Notes: generated by a model not told the origin, from the letters alone. Counted from the first letter of the stretch, positions 27,239-40,559 are shown. The stretch is DNA of 64,000 bases from Eledone cirrhosa (GCA_964016885.1 OZ024741.1:86986001-87050000); one strand, 5' to 3'. Translations and numbers: made by a program.

Positions 27239-27705
27239 TACGTACATATATATATGTGTGCATGTATGTATATATATGTACATACTACTGTACGTCTGTA
27301 TACATATATGTATGTACGTATACATACTTATATTTAAGTAACAGCCGCACGAAGAGTGGGAAATGAAATTTCGTTTCATTTTTTCCGTTTATCGTTTTCG
27401 GTGAACCCGGCCGATTAACCCACTCGATATGCAAATTGGGCTACTTAGCCGTTAATATGCATAAGGAAAGTATATACTTTCGGACGTTCAATCATCTGGC
27501 AGGAAGGTATACGTTGCTGACGATAGCTAATAAGCTTGAAACTAGTACAGCGTTCCTTTATCAGTGTTGAACAAACGAGCAACGGTGGTTGCTAGACACT
27601 ACGGCTTAATACGGGATGTTTGTTTACAAACACACCGGGCATTATAATAAATGTTCGGTGAACCCATACGTACATATATATATGTGTGCATGTATGTATA
27701 TATAT
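27239..27705 (+). mobile_element. Retrozyme-like monomer with terminal redundancy (period 428 bp)
   Basis: tacgtacatatatatatgtgtgcatg occurs at 27239 and 27667; hammerhead at 27511-27553 (acgttg-CTGACGA-...-GAAA-CTAG-TA-cagcgt). Confidence 0.7.
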
Positions 27706-27749
27706 ATACACATATATATATATAATATAAATATATATATATATATATA

Positions 27750-28110
27750 ATATTTAAAATATTAATAAATGAGAAATACCAAAGTATATATTTTATTATA
27801 TATATTTCAAGGGTACAGACGTTTTTGAATACGCTTTTATCAGATAAAACACAAGAAATTGGTTATTCGACATACCGCTATGGTCTTGATCCTTAAATCC
27901 CTATAGTGGCAGTAAATTACTTCCTCAACACTATATAGACCTTTGGTTAGGAGGGTAAGTTTAGGAGAGACAAGCAGAAATATTAAGATTGAAGAGAGTT
28001 AGAAAAGAAAGAAAGCGGAAAAATTTAGATAGGAGGAAACACGTGTGTAGTTAGTCAGCCATTTATTCCCAGATGGTGAACCATGGACGATGGTTGATCG
28101 TAGTTACTAA
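27750..28110 (-). mobile_element. Solo pLTR with degenerate hammerhead
   Basis: Minus strand ~27790-27850: gttttat-CTGATAA...GAAA-T-ATAT-A-TA-ataaaat (G8A core mismatch). Confidence 0.5.
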
Positions 28111-28117
28111 ATATATA

Positions 28118-28450
28118 CTAGACCTGAAAAATGCGCAAGCTCAAAAGAGCCACGGAATGTTATAATAAACCTTCAATTATTTAAGCTAATGTTCAATATC
28201 TCATATTAGATGTTTAGTAATGATTAATACGAAATGCACTTAAACCGAATTCTATATTATAAATTCACTTAAATAATTATCGTGTCGTCTTGAGTTCGTT
28301 ATGAGTCTCTTTTTTATAAAAGGATGCCACAGAGTGTACGATAGATAATGATTACAATATGTTTGAGCAACAACTCTAGTCCCACACTTTTGAAGGTTTA
28401 TTATAACATTCTGTGGCTCTTTTGAGCTTGCGCATTTTTCAGGTCTAGTT
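28118..28450. repeat. 60-bp inverted repeat with ~210-bp spacer
   Basis: actagacctgaaaaatgcgcaagctc...accttcaa and its near-perfect reverse complement at 28389-28450. Confidence 0.75.
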
Positions 28451-29704
28451 TAATATTTTTTTAAGGCAACGCTTGTAATAACTCTAGTTAAACACGATAT
28501 ATATTAATAATAAATTATCGTTGTAATGTAATTAGATTATATAATTGTTATTTTATAAATGATCTTATAAATATTATTGTAAGATGTATAAAAATATTTT
28601 CAGACTTTTAATATAAACAACTACAAAAAACAATCAATATTAAATAAATATATTTTCCATAAAAATTGTTATAGTTGAATTAATAAAAATTAAATATTAC
28701 ATACAAATAGTCTAATGTAATAATAAAAAAATAATCTAACATAATAATAATAAAATAGTCTAACATAAAACGAACAATAATATGGACAAATATACAAGTA
28801 AATATGATACAACCAATATTATAAGCATGTTATAACGAACTGAAAAAAAATAGTTAATATAAATTTAAAAAATCATATATAAATTAACAATATAACTTAC
28901 CAAAACGAGAAAAATATTTTGATAATAAACGACGAAATACAGGAGGATGATTCGAAAGCGGAACGATAAATAAACATGCAAACAAAGTGGCGGATGCTTT
29001 TGAGCAACAATTACTCCCATTGGTTGATTAGCCAATAAGACGATACATTACAAAACTACAAAACATGTTTGGCAGGGATCACCACGGCCAGCGAAACCCC
29101 TTGAATTTTTATTCACAAGCTACGTATATATGTCAGACATGCAGACTTAAAACATTCTGCTGTTAGTCACTGCGTGTTTAACATATATATATATATAGGA
29201 ACAAGTAAGACCCCGACGGCTGAGCTCAAGCCGTTTCGACGGCTAATTCTGAACTGAATAAAAATTTATTCTCGTATTTAAATAGCCGAGCTTGTCAAGG
29301 GGCAATTCCATACATGGTCAAAGAGATAAACACCAGGATTGGTCACATCACAAGTTAGTAGTAAATCTGTGATGGCAAAATGGTGGGGGAAGGGGTAGCT
29401 GAACCTGCCGGTAGGAGAAAAAGGGAGAGGGGTGGAGTAGACCCATTCAAGCGTTGGTAGTGCCGGCTACAGCTGGGTGTGAGGTCAAAGAGGATACTGG
29501 GGAGGGGGAGGGGGAGGAAGTCGAAACGGTAAGTAAGAACAATGAAGGGTAAAACTATGAAAAGTACTGAGAGAGAGAAAAGAGAAAATAAGCAAGGTCT
29601 GGTTACTAAGACTTAAGTCTTTCGCTATTGCTAGGCTAAAGAATTACATAAATAAATAAATAAATAAATAAATAAACAAATAAGTGAATAAAAGAATAGA
29701 TAAA

Positions 29705-29735
<31 letters not shown>

Positions 29736-30750
29736 GCCACATATGGGACCTCAAGGACAACAACATCAACTATGATCTCACTTGGAAATTACTGTCCAGA
29801 GCCAACTCTTACACGGGAGGACGCCGTCCGTGCAATTTATGCTCGGAGGAAACTATACAAATGTTGTTTTCGACGGACCAACTCCTAAATAAGAAAGATG
29901 AACTGGTTACTGCATGTAAACACCGATTACGTAGGACTTACCTCGCCCTCAAACCCCATAATGACCCGGGGGGGGGGGGGGAGACTAGGGCTATAACACT
30001 CCACTTGCCTATTTTGTAAGGGGTAGCCCCTGCTTGCCAATGGAGACGTAAGACCTTCTTTTACTTTCTTTTATCGCTTCCTTTATATTTCCTCCTTACC
30101 CCCATCCCTCCCTAGCCCTTCTACCCCAGTTCCCTTTCTTTGTCGTCGTCTTTTTCTCGCCCACCCGAGGTAGCCCCTCGGTCCCTTGTCGCTTCAGCAC
30201 CCCCTCCCCTACTCTATGATAGATTTGGCTGACTCCGCTTTTTATAGCAGAGGTGTTAGACTTCGGATACTTGCCCCCTTCTCCGACCGCTGTCCCTTTT
30301 TTTCCGTGCCTTCTATATGTCTTAGTGGCATTTTTGCTTTAATTTTTCGTTTAACTAGTATTTCTTTCCTCTTTTCCATTTTGTGGGGGGGGGGGGGGGG
30401 GGGGGGGGGGTCTGTATTAATTTTCCGTTCCTTACTTTTACCTCGCACGATCTTTCATGTAGCCTGTATAAGACTTTTTGTTTCGTGGTGGTACCCTTAG
30501 AGTTAGCACGAGTATTTTTTTGCGGGACCCTGAATTATATTCTCGTACTAGTTTACCCTCTTGCTCTGGGTGGTTGCTGGCCCCGTGATCGGGGTAGAAA
30601 CCTTTATTATTTCGTGGTAGTCTCTTTAGTATTTTGCCCCCCCCCCCCCTTTGTTGACCCGTCACCGTACGATACACGCACTTATACCTCGTATAAGGGT
30701 CCCTCTATTTCCGTCCCACCTAGTTTCTTTTCATTTATTTTTTATTCTTC

Positions 30751-30790
<40 letters not shown>

Positions 30791-30986
30791 TTTATTTTTA
30801 TTTTTTTATTTTTTAAATTTATTTATCTATTCTTTTATTCACTTATTTGTTTATTTATTTATTTATGTATTTCTTTAGCCTAGCAATAGCGAGAGACTTA
30901 AGTCTTAGTAACCAGACCTTGCTTATTTTCTCTTTTCTCTCTCTCAGTACTTTTCATAGTTTTACCCTTCATTATTCTTACTTACC

Positions 30987-31169
30987 AGTGGATTGGCAGT
31001 ATCGGTAGAGGGTCGGACGCCATGCTTTGACGCATAGAGTTACGGCCCTTGCCATTCTGAGTTCAAATCCCGCCGAGGTTAACTTTGCCTTTCATCCTTA
31101 TGGGGTCGATAAAATAAAGTACCAGTAATACACTGGGTAATTGCTGGCCTTGTGCCAAAAGTAGAAACA
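30987..31169 (+). mobile_element. SINE family 2 inserted in Penelope B
   Basis: 16-bp TSD attattcttacttacc; absent from the duplicate copy at ~34825. Confidence 0.9.
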
Positions 31170-31687
31170 ATTATTCTTACTTACCGTTTCGACTTCCTCC
31201 CCCTCCCCCTCCCCAGTATCCTCTTTGACCTCACACCCAGCTGTAGCCGGCACTACCAACGCTTGAATGTGTCTACTCCACCCCTCTCCTTTTTCTCCTA
31301 CCGGCAGGTTCAGCTACCCCTTCCCCCACCATTTTGCCATCACAGATTTACTACTAACTTGTGATGTGACCAATCCTGGTGTTTGTCTCTTTGACCATAT
31401 ATGGAATTGCCCCTTGACAAGCTCGGCTATTTAAATACGAGAATAAATTTTTATTCAGTCCAGAATTAGCCGTCGAAATGGCTTGAGCTCAGCCGTCAGG
31501 GTCTTACTTGTTGCTATTACCCACTCTACTACCCTAAGTATTGAGTACTTTGGTGCGTTATGGTCCACTTGGTTCCTTACCACATTTCCTTCGTTATCTA
31601 GCTCCTATCCCCGTAGTAGAGCACTTTCCGACCTTACCACGCCGTATCCAGACTTTTCCGCTGCGCTCAATTTCTTTCACCCGCACC

Positions 31688-33861
31688 ATGCGAAAACAGA
31701 ACATCGACTTCTCTACCAAGAACATCCCAATCCCACCGAAAAAACTTTACCTTCGGATGCTCACGCAAAAAATCGATCTATTTGCGAAAAGACTTAGATG
31801 GAGAACTTTTTTCTACGACAGATTTTGCGACAATCAGGACTTCGGTACCAAGGAGAGATTCGGATTTATTACCTACAAATCTGCCCCCCCCCGAACCCTT
31901 TGCTCTCACCCTTCGAGAATGACCTCTTCCAACTGGTCAAGAACCTTAAATTCAAACCCAGACACAACCGATTCCTACTAAAACTCCGTAGCAACTTAAC
32001 AGAGTATGATAACACCAATGACATCATGGTGCATTCGGATAAAACTGGGAACCTATACTTTGTCAACCCCGACAGATACCACACACTGATCAGGAGCAGC
32101 CTAAACTCCACCTATAAAAAGGCTAACCACTCATGCATCGGCGACATTAATCGAGATGGACAACAAATTACCTCCAGCCTCGGGGTCGCCGACCGCACCG
32201 AACCCCTAGACCCACGGACACCCTACTTCACACTGAAGGACCACAAATCCGATTTCGACCGTAAACCATCTATCAGGCTTATAAACCCAACGAAGTCCGA
32301 CATAGGGAGAATCAGCAAAAAAATCCTAGACCGCGTGATACCAAAAGTCAAGCAACACGCCCGACTTAGCCTATGGATCAACACCCAGGAAGTTATCTCA
32401 TGGTTCAGCAATATGGAGGATAAACGAGACACTAAATTTATCCAGTTCGACATAGAGAGCTACTATGCTTCTATCACCTTACCGCTACTTACTGCCGCCT
32501 TGGACTTCGCCGACTCACTCGTGCCCATCACCGACCAGGAAAGAAAAATTCTCCTCCACGCCAGGAAGACAGTTTTACTCTTTGACAACTCCAAATGGAT
32601 AAAAAGAGCTCCCGACTCACCCTTCGACGTCAGCATGGGCGCTACGGATTCGGCGGAGGTCACAGATCTTATAGGATTATTCCTTATAGCCAAACTCACC
32701 GATATGTTTCCTGCTTTCGGTGGTGGATTGTACCGTGATGATGGGCTCCTTACCCTTAAAGGGTACAACCCCAGTAGTACAGATCGGGTCCGTAAACAAT
32801 TAATCAGCTTCTTCCGCGACTGGGGATTTAAAATAACCCTACACACGTCCCTGACCCGAGTTAATTTCCTGGACGTTACCCTCGATCTCAATAATGACCT
32901 GTACTACCCATACAGGAAACCCAATGACAACCTGCACTACATCCGCCACCGATCTAACCATCCTAGGAACATCACCAACAACCTGGTCAAAAACATCTCC
33001 CTCCGCATATCCCGTTTGTCAGCCAATGAGAAGATATTCGATGAACATGCGCCTTACTACAACCAGGCCCTCAAGCGAAGTGGCTTCCGGGAGGAAATAT
33101 CCCACTGTCCAGCTCCCATTAGCGGAACCAGCAGGCGACACCGCCGCTCACGCAATGTAACATGGTTCAATCCTCCCCACAACGCCGAGGTGACAACTCC
33201 CATCGGGAAAATCTTCTTTAGGCTCATTGAAAAACACTTCCCACCACAACACCGCTACCACAACATAATTAACAAAAATACCATCAAACTCTCTTACAGC
33301 ACTACACCTAACTTCGCACAAAACATCGTCTCCTCCAACAACAAAAAACTCAACCCCGATGGAAGAAACAACCTAAATAGCAGTTGAGAGCCGACCAGGA
33401 GGTGCAACTGTCCTGATAGATCCATTTTCCCCCTCGACAACAGATGCAGAGACCGCAATGTGATCTACCAGTGTAACGTGAGCATGGACACCTCCAACAA
33501 AGCTTATATTGGATTAACCGTATGTGACTTCAAGACCCGGCTATACCAACACAGACATACCTTCCGAAACCCGGCCCGGCGTCACGCCACTACACTTTCG
33601 GGCCACATATGGGACCTCAAGGACAACAACATCAACTATGATCTCACTTGGAAATTACTGTCCAGAGCCAACTCTTACACGGGAGGACGCCGTCCGTGCA
33701 ATTTATGCTCGGAGGAAACTATACAAATGTTGTTTTCGACGGACCAACTCCTAAATAAGAAAGATGAACTGGTTACTGCATGTAAACACCGATTACGTAG
33801 GACTTACCTCACCCTCAAACCCCATAATGACCCGGGGGGGGGGGGGGGACTAGGGCTATAA
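31688..33861 (+). pseudogene. Penelope-like RT/GIY-YIG ORF with one frameshift and one in-frame stop
   Basis: MRKQNIDFSTKNIP...; frameshift in the C-run ~31884-31892; FDIESYY, MGATDS, GLYRDD, WFNPP; TGA at 33385-33387, then in-frame CNC and IYQC...YIGLT, CNLC. Confidence 0.9.
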
Positions 33862-34610
33862 CACTCCACTTGCCTATTTTGTAAGGGGTAACCCCTGCTT
33901 GCCAATGGAGACGTAAGACCTTCTTTTACTTTCTTTTATCGCTTCCTTTATATTTCCTCCTTACCCCCATCCCTCCCTAGCCCTTCTACCCCAGTTCCCT
34001 TTCTTTGTCGTCGTCTTTTTCTCGCCCACCCGAGGTAGCCCCTCGGTCCCTTGTCGCTTCAGCACCCCCCTCCCCTACTCTATGATAGATTTGGCTGACT
34101 CCACTTTTTATAGCAGAGGTGTTAGACTTCGGATACTTGCCCCCTTCTCCGACCGCTGTCCCTTTTTTCCGTGCCTTCTATATGTCTTAGTGGCATTTTT
34201 GCTTTAATTTTTCGTTTAACCAGTATTTCTTTCCTCTTTTCCATTTTTTTTGGGGGGGGGGGGGTGTCCTGTATTAATTTTCCGTTCCTTACTTTTACCT
34301 CGCACGATCTTTCATGTAGCCTGTATAAGACTTTTTGTTTCGTGGCGGTACCCTTAGAGTTAGCACGAGTATTTTTTTGCGGGACCCTGAATTATATTCT
34401 CGTACTAGTTTACCCTCTTGCTCTGGGTGGTTGCTGGCCCCGATCACGGGGTAGAAACCTTTATTATTTCGTGGTAGTCTCTTTAGCTTTTTGGCCCCCC
34501 CCCCCCCTTTGTTGACCCGACACCGTACAATACACGCACTTATACCTCGTATAAGGGTCCCTCTATTTCCGTCCCACCTAGTTTATTTTCATTTATTTTT
34601 TATTCTTCAT

Positions 34611-34645
<35 letters not shown>

Positions 34646-35240
34646 CTTTTTTTTAAATTTTTTAAATTTATTTATCTATTCTTTTATTCACTTACTTGTT
34701 TATTTATCTATTTATGTATTTCTTTAGCCTAGCAATAGCGAGAGACTTAAATCTTAGTAACTAGACCTTGCTTATTTTCTCTTTTCTCTCTCTCAGTACT
34801 TTTCATAGTTTTACCCTTCATTACTTACCGTTTCGACTTCCTCCCCCTCCCCCCTACCCAGTATCCTCTTTGACCTCACACCCAGCTGTAGCCGGCACTA
34901 CCAACGCTTGAATGGGTCTACTCCACCCCCTCTCCCTTTTTCTCCTACCGGCAGGTTCAGCTACGCCTTCCCCCACCATTTTGCCATCACAGATTTACTA
35001 CTAACTTGTGATGTGACCAATCCTGGTGTTTATCTCTTTGACCATATATGGAATTGCCCCTTGACAAGCTCGGCTATTTAAATACGAGAATAAATTTTTA
35101 TTCAGTCCAGAATTAGCCGTCGAAACGGCTTGAGCTCAGCCGTCGGGGTCTTACTTGTTGCTATTACCCACTCTACTACCCTAAGTATTGAGTACTTTGG
35201 TGCGTTATGGTCAACTTGGTTCCTTACCACATTTCCTTCG

Positions 35241-35278
<38 letters not shown>

Positions 35279-36168
35279 AAATGTGTGTAATCCTTGGTAC
35301 AGTTAGTTATATTAAGACAGGGGGGAAGAAGAAAAAAATGGCTTCACTTGTGCTTTCAACAAATTTATTTTCTTCACAAAATCCAAAAAGAATTTTTTTC
35401 CGGATTAGAAAATATTTTCTTAAAAAAATTTCTTTATTTTTTTAATAAATTAAGTTGTTGGTTGTTGGTTAGGTCTTAGGAGTTCTTGGTTAACATAGGA
35501 GGTATTGTTTCGTTTTTAGAAAGACCTTTCACGCTGAGGTGCGCTTGTCAAACTGATGTGTATGTGGTGTGTTGTTCTATATATAGGGATTTAACATGTC
35601 TGTGGTGTGGTGGTTTTTTTTTTCTCCCCCTTTAATAAGTGTAGGGGTGTAGGTGTGTTGAAAAAATGTTAATAGCAGTAATGAGTTGAGACAGTGAGTA
35701 GGGTTGGGTGGGGAGAAATGTAGCAAGTCCGGCCTGCCACGGTCATTCTCGAAAAATTCCTTTATTCAGGGGAAAAAGCTTTTAGTATTCCTTTGTATTG
35801 AAGATGGTCATAGGCAAACCGCACCTGCCAAGCTTGTAAACAATTATTTTTTTCTGAAGAATTTTTCTACGTCCATCCCAAAATTAGTCCTTTGTTCAAC
35901 ACACACATATGTGCGTATACACGTACATACACACACGGGCATATGTAGGAATATATAGTCACACACCATCAATCACACACCCATGTACATATACATCCAC
36001 ATACATACATAAAAACATATAGAGACACATATAAAAACACATATACACATACGTACACACACGAATATGTACTCATACCTCCACATGGGTATATATATAT
36101 ATACATACATACATATACATACATATACACACATAAAGATACATAACTAAATATACATATATACACAT

Positions 36169-36255
<87 letters not shown>

Positions 36256-36274
36256 TACACACACACACGCGTGT

Positions 36275-36307
<33 letters not shown>

Positions 36308-36328
36308 GAGGCATACACACACACATAC

Positions 36329-36359
<31 letters not shown>

Positions 36360-36464
36360 CATATATACACATATATATATCTATATATATATACATAAAC
36401 ACATACAGACACATACACACATATACATACATATACACATACATATATATCTATATATATATAC

Positions 36465-36509
<45 letters not shown>

Positions 36510-36564
36510 CACATACACATACACATACAAACACATACATACACACATACATACACACATACAT

Positions 36565-36625
<61 letters not shown>

Positions 36626-36716
36626 TATGTAGGAGGTGAGTTTTATTGTAGTACAATAAAGCAATGCAGATATCGGATAAGAAGCACTCTACAGTTTGTG
36701 GGACTGGAGTATGCAT

Positions 36717-36981
36717 AATATAAGATCAAAAGATGGTTAAAGGAGTTCAATATATTTTATTATGCGCATTTCAAAAACAAACATCATCAAACAATAATAT
36801 TTGTGTTTTCATCAGATAAAACAGGAGAACATGATATGAAGGCTAAAAAAACACTTGTTGATAGTGCAGTTTTAAATCAACATATGTTGAAAACACAAAT
36901 ATTATTGTTTGATGATGTTTGTTTTTGAAATGCGCATAATAAAATATATTGAACTCCTTTAACCATCTTTTGATCTTATAT

Positions 36982-36985
<4 letters not shown>
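36717..36985 (-). mobile_element. Fold-back mini-element with hammerhead
   Basis: Inverted arms ~36720-36811 and ~36889-36980; minus-strand hammerhead at 36754-36822 (GAAA-T-GCGC-A-TA); same family at 42502-42665. Confidence 0.8.
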
Positions 36986-37027
<42 letters not shown>

Positions 37028-37096
37028 TACATACATACATACATATACACATACAGAAACATACATATATGTACATACATACACACACACACACAC

Positions 37097-37190
<94 letters not shown>

Positions 37191-37227
37191 GGGATAAACC
37201 TCATATATATATGTGTGTATGTGTGCG

Positions 37228-37356
37228 AGTCCCGGGTTCAATCGGGGGTAACCACAGTAAGTAAGGTACTCAATACATTAATAGAGGGGCTTTCCTGATG
37301 ATTTCCTTCGAATTAAAGAGTTCTAGTCCCGTAGAAGCCATTTCTATATTAAATTA
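37228..37356. mobile_element. Rearranged pLTR fragment, same family as 1421-1540
   Basis: Inverted tail (gggtaaccacagtaagtaaggtactcaatacat) followed by a forward, damaged hammerhead (CTGATGA...gtcccgTAgaagcc). Confidence 0.55.
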
Positions 37357-38539
37357 TATATATATATATATATGGTAGGTCGTATGTGAATCGCGATGAT
37401 CACGTCTGACTTACCAAATATGTGACGGTAGCTAGTTAAGCTCTATGCGTATACGCAGAGCAGTCTGACCACTCGATAAGTTAGGGGTTGTGCCCCTTGA
37501 GCAGGGGTGTGTATAGCTGGTTTAGCTGCTGTCTGCTACTACCCGAGACTGGACACGGTCGTAGCCACAGGCCAGCGCGTGCGCGATAGCATAGAATGTA
37601 TATTTTCTGCTGGTCACCCCGTGTAATATGATACCCTAAGATTCCATGCTTGAGATTCACCGAAGCATGCGCAGTCTTAACCGGGAGATGACATGCGAAC
37701 TTGAAAATACCACAAGCGAGACCCTCTGGATAACGTAGACGCAGGACCATACCCGCAAATACATACCCTGATCTGTCTTGAATATACAGGGCTGACGGAA
37801 TATGGATAACACGACCACCATCTAATCTGAGACCGACCCATACAGCAAACAAAGAGGGGACAGCCCTTCGCTTTTGACCAGTCGCGTGTGGACTTGGAGT
37901 TCGTAATATACCACCCCAGTCAAATCCACACTGGTTTTTTAACAATATAGCATGTAGACCAATACATCCTGCGTAGCGAAACCTTGGACTTAGAACCGGC
38001 AGGCTCGTCTATCGCGAAAGCGTTCAACCCCTGAAACTAAAAGATCGAACGGACCACATCCGGCAACCACTGGCTATTAGATCCACAGGTACATCTCCCA
38101 GAGAGTCCACGCAGATAATAGTGAACCCCAGGTGATCTATGAACGTTTAAACAAGACCAGCTGCGCCTGGAGCTATGCAGATGACTGCATACGCATAATG
38201 GATATCGTGCCTGGAGCTATGCAGGGGACTGCATAGGCAGAATGGATATCGCGCCCACACGGTCACCAGTACTGTTCATCCTGTTATATATGTATGTAAA
38301 TATCAGTGCGCGGGATATCCCTGAGTACATTTTCTTGACCATCAATTGTTAATCAATTGTTTGTTATTTAGGCAAGAATGTACCATTGTGTCTGTGCTAG
38401 TCCTATGTGTTGCTGTGTGTGTGTAAAGTATCCGAGCGCGGGATATCCCTGAGCTAATTTTGCCTGACCGTTAATAGTGTTCTGATTACTTGTTGATTGG
38501 GCAGGAATATATATTGTTGTCTTTGTTGATCCTGTATCA

Positions 38540-38730
38540 ATAACTTTGTGATAATTTTGTAATAATTTTATGATAATTTTGTAATAATTTTGCGATAATT
38601 TTATGATAATTTGATAATTTTGTAATGATTTTGTGGTAATTTTGTGATGATTTGATAATTTTGTAATGATTTTGTGGTAATTTTGTAATAATTTTGTAAT
38701 AATTTTTAATCCTGTATCAATAATTTTAGA
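38540..38730. repeat. Degenerate 10-11-bp minisatellite (ataattttgt)
   Basis: Repeated ataattttg(t) units. Confidence 0.8.
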
Positions 38731-39650
38731 ATGTTTTTTTTTGTGATAATACATGGTTAGATCACTGAAGCTACCTTATACCTTCTTAAAGATACATTTT
38801 ATAATTATTGTCTTTTTGCTTATGTATTTTCTTAGTTACCACTTTCTTTAATCTTGCCCAACTTGATAAACTCCTTGAATTGCTCCCTAATTAAATTACT
38901 TAAATTGCTTAGATTATTGTATCTATTATGCCTAAGTTGTATCTGTTGAAGTAGCCCTTTGAAAATTCCTCGGATATCCCAAATACCGTAATTTTTAATT
39001 TTTAACTTTTAATGTATAATTTTCCTCAATTCGTTTTTATATTTATCCTTAAAGGCTCTCTAAAATTTTAATTCTTCGAAGGGTCTCTCGGAAGAAGTTC
39101 CTATTGGAAATATTAAAGGGGCCTTTTCTGAGAGATTTATGGAAGGCTCTCTGAATTAACCTCTAATTGATTAGTTTCTTTCAACCTAGTTTTCAATTCA
39201 GTTTTCTGAATTTTGTAAACGTGATCTCGGGGGAAGAAGGTTTTTTTCTTTCGGAAAAAAATTTTTTTCTCTAGAAGAAATTTCATAGGAACTTTATATA
39301 TTTTTTAGGGAAACTTTATATTTTTATTTTCTTATTTTATTAGCCTCTTAATTTTCTTCTAGTCTAATAGGTTTATTGGAGCCTGTAAGCTTTATGCACT
39401 CATTGAGGGATTTTCTAAGGTGCTTCTACGGGACCCCAAGTCTTTTAGTTTAATGTTGATGCGTAAATTATATATTTTTGTCTAATTTTTAAACTTCAAT
39501 CCCTGACCCCGACAACTAATATAAAAGAGCCCCCCTTAGAATATTGACCCCAACTATACAAGCGGAGTTGCTGATGTATACAACAATTTCAAACTGCTAG
39601 CTTTGAGTGATACGTTGATGTAAACAATGATCTTGCAATCACATGTTATA

Positions 39651-39707
39651 TGCCTTGATAAGTCCCACCATGGGGTCGGACGAAACGGCTGTCGGCAATA
39701 AACTTGT
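39651..39707 (+). ncRNA. Hammerhead ribozyme, U3-A8 core variant
   Basis: tgcc-TTGATAA-gtcc-caccatggggtc-ggac-GAAA-C-GGCT-G-TC-ggca, followed by ataaac. Confidence 0.78.
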
Positions 39708-39756
39708 TATAATGTCATAATAGTTCCTTTGTTCTTTTTCACTAATATATATATAT

Positions 39757-39791
<35 letters not shown>

Positions 39792-40100
39792 GGAATGGCT
39801 TCTACACCTAGGTACAGTTAGGTATATGTGTGGTATATGTATAGGATATATATAGTGTATATATAAAATGTATGTATGGTATATGTGTAAAAGATATATA
39901 TATGTGTGTATATGTGGTGTGTATATATGTGTATGAAATATATGTATATATATGTGTAGGAGATATATATGTATATATATATGTATGTTTAGTGTGTATG
40001 TGTATGTGTGTATAAGATATATATATATGTGTATATGTGTATATATATATACATATATATATATATATGTATGTGTGTGTGTATATATATATATATATAT

Positions 40101-40365
40101 AGAAAGATTTGAATGGATACAGTTTAGTTGAAAGGAATTTATTGACACGTGTTTCTATAACAGTTACATAGCTGTTTTCAGGTTATGTAACTGTTATAGA
40201 AACACGTGTCAATAAATTCCTTTCAACTAAACTGTATCCATTCAAATCTTTCTATTTTTCTCCGGATTACTTTTGGAACTACAACTGGAACCGTCGAGCA
40301 AACTCTACGTGAGCTGTCAATCTATTGTGTGTAATATTTATATTACAACACAACGGAAAATACTG
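40101..40365 (+). mobile_element. Fold-back mini-element (3' half of a hammerhead only)
   Basis: ~70-bp perfect inverted arms 40101-40170 and 40184-40253 containing GAAA-C-ACGT-G-TC-aataaa; unique tail ttctccgg...ccgtcgagc. Confidence 0.75.
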
Positions 40366-40528
40366 TATACATATATATATATATATGTGTGTTTGTATAT
40401 GTATATATGTGTATGGTGCATGTATATATATATGTATGGTATGTATGTGTATATATATATATATATGTGTATATATATAGTATATATATATATGGTATGT
40501 ATGTGTATATATATATGTGTGTATATAT

Positions 40529-40559
<31 letters not shown>

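Larger units (their letters stand above)
29198..35243 (+). mobile_element. Penelope-like element B (inverted pLTR, 5'-truncated tandem copy, full copy)
   Basis: 29198-29735 is inverted; 29736-31595 repeats 33603-35243; U3-A8 hammerheads at 29210-29303 (-), 31409-31502 (+) and 35056-35149 (+); (TA)n flanks. Confidence 0.92.

Noticed and set aside
28450-29185. AT-rich segment that might be a DNA transposon end
   Set aside because: No matching terminus or second copy in the window.
32463-32891. Antisense ORFs over TE coding regions (also 22734, 55178, 57095)
   Set aside because: Shadow frames of the real RT ORFs; no independent evidence.
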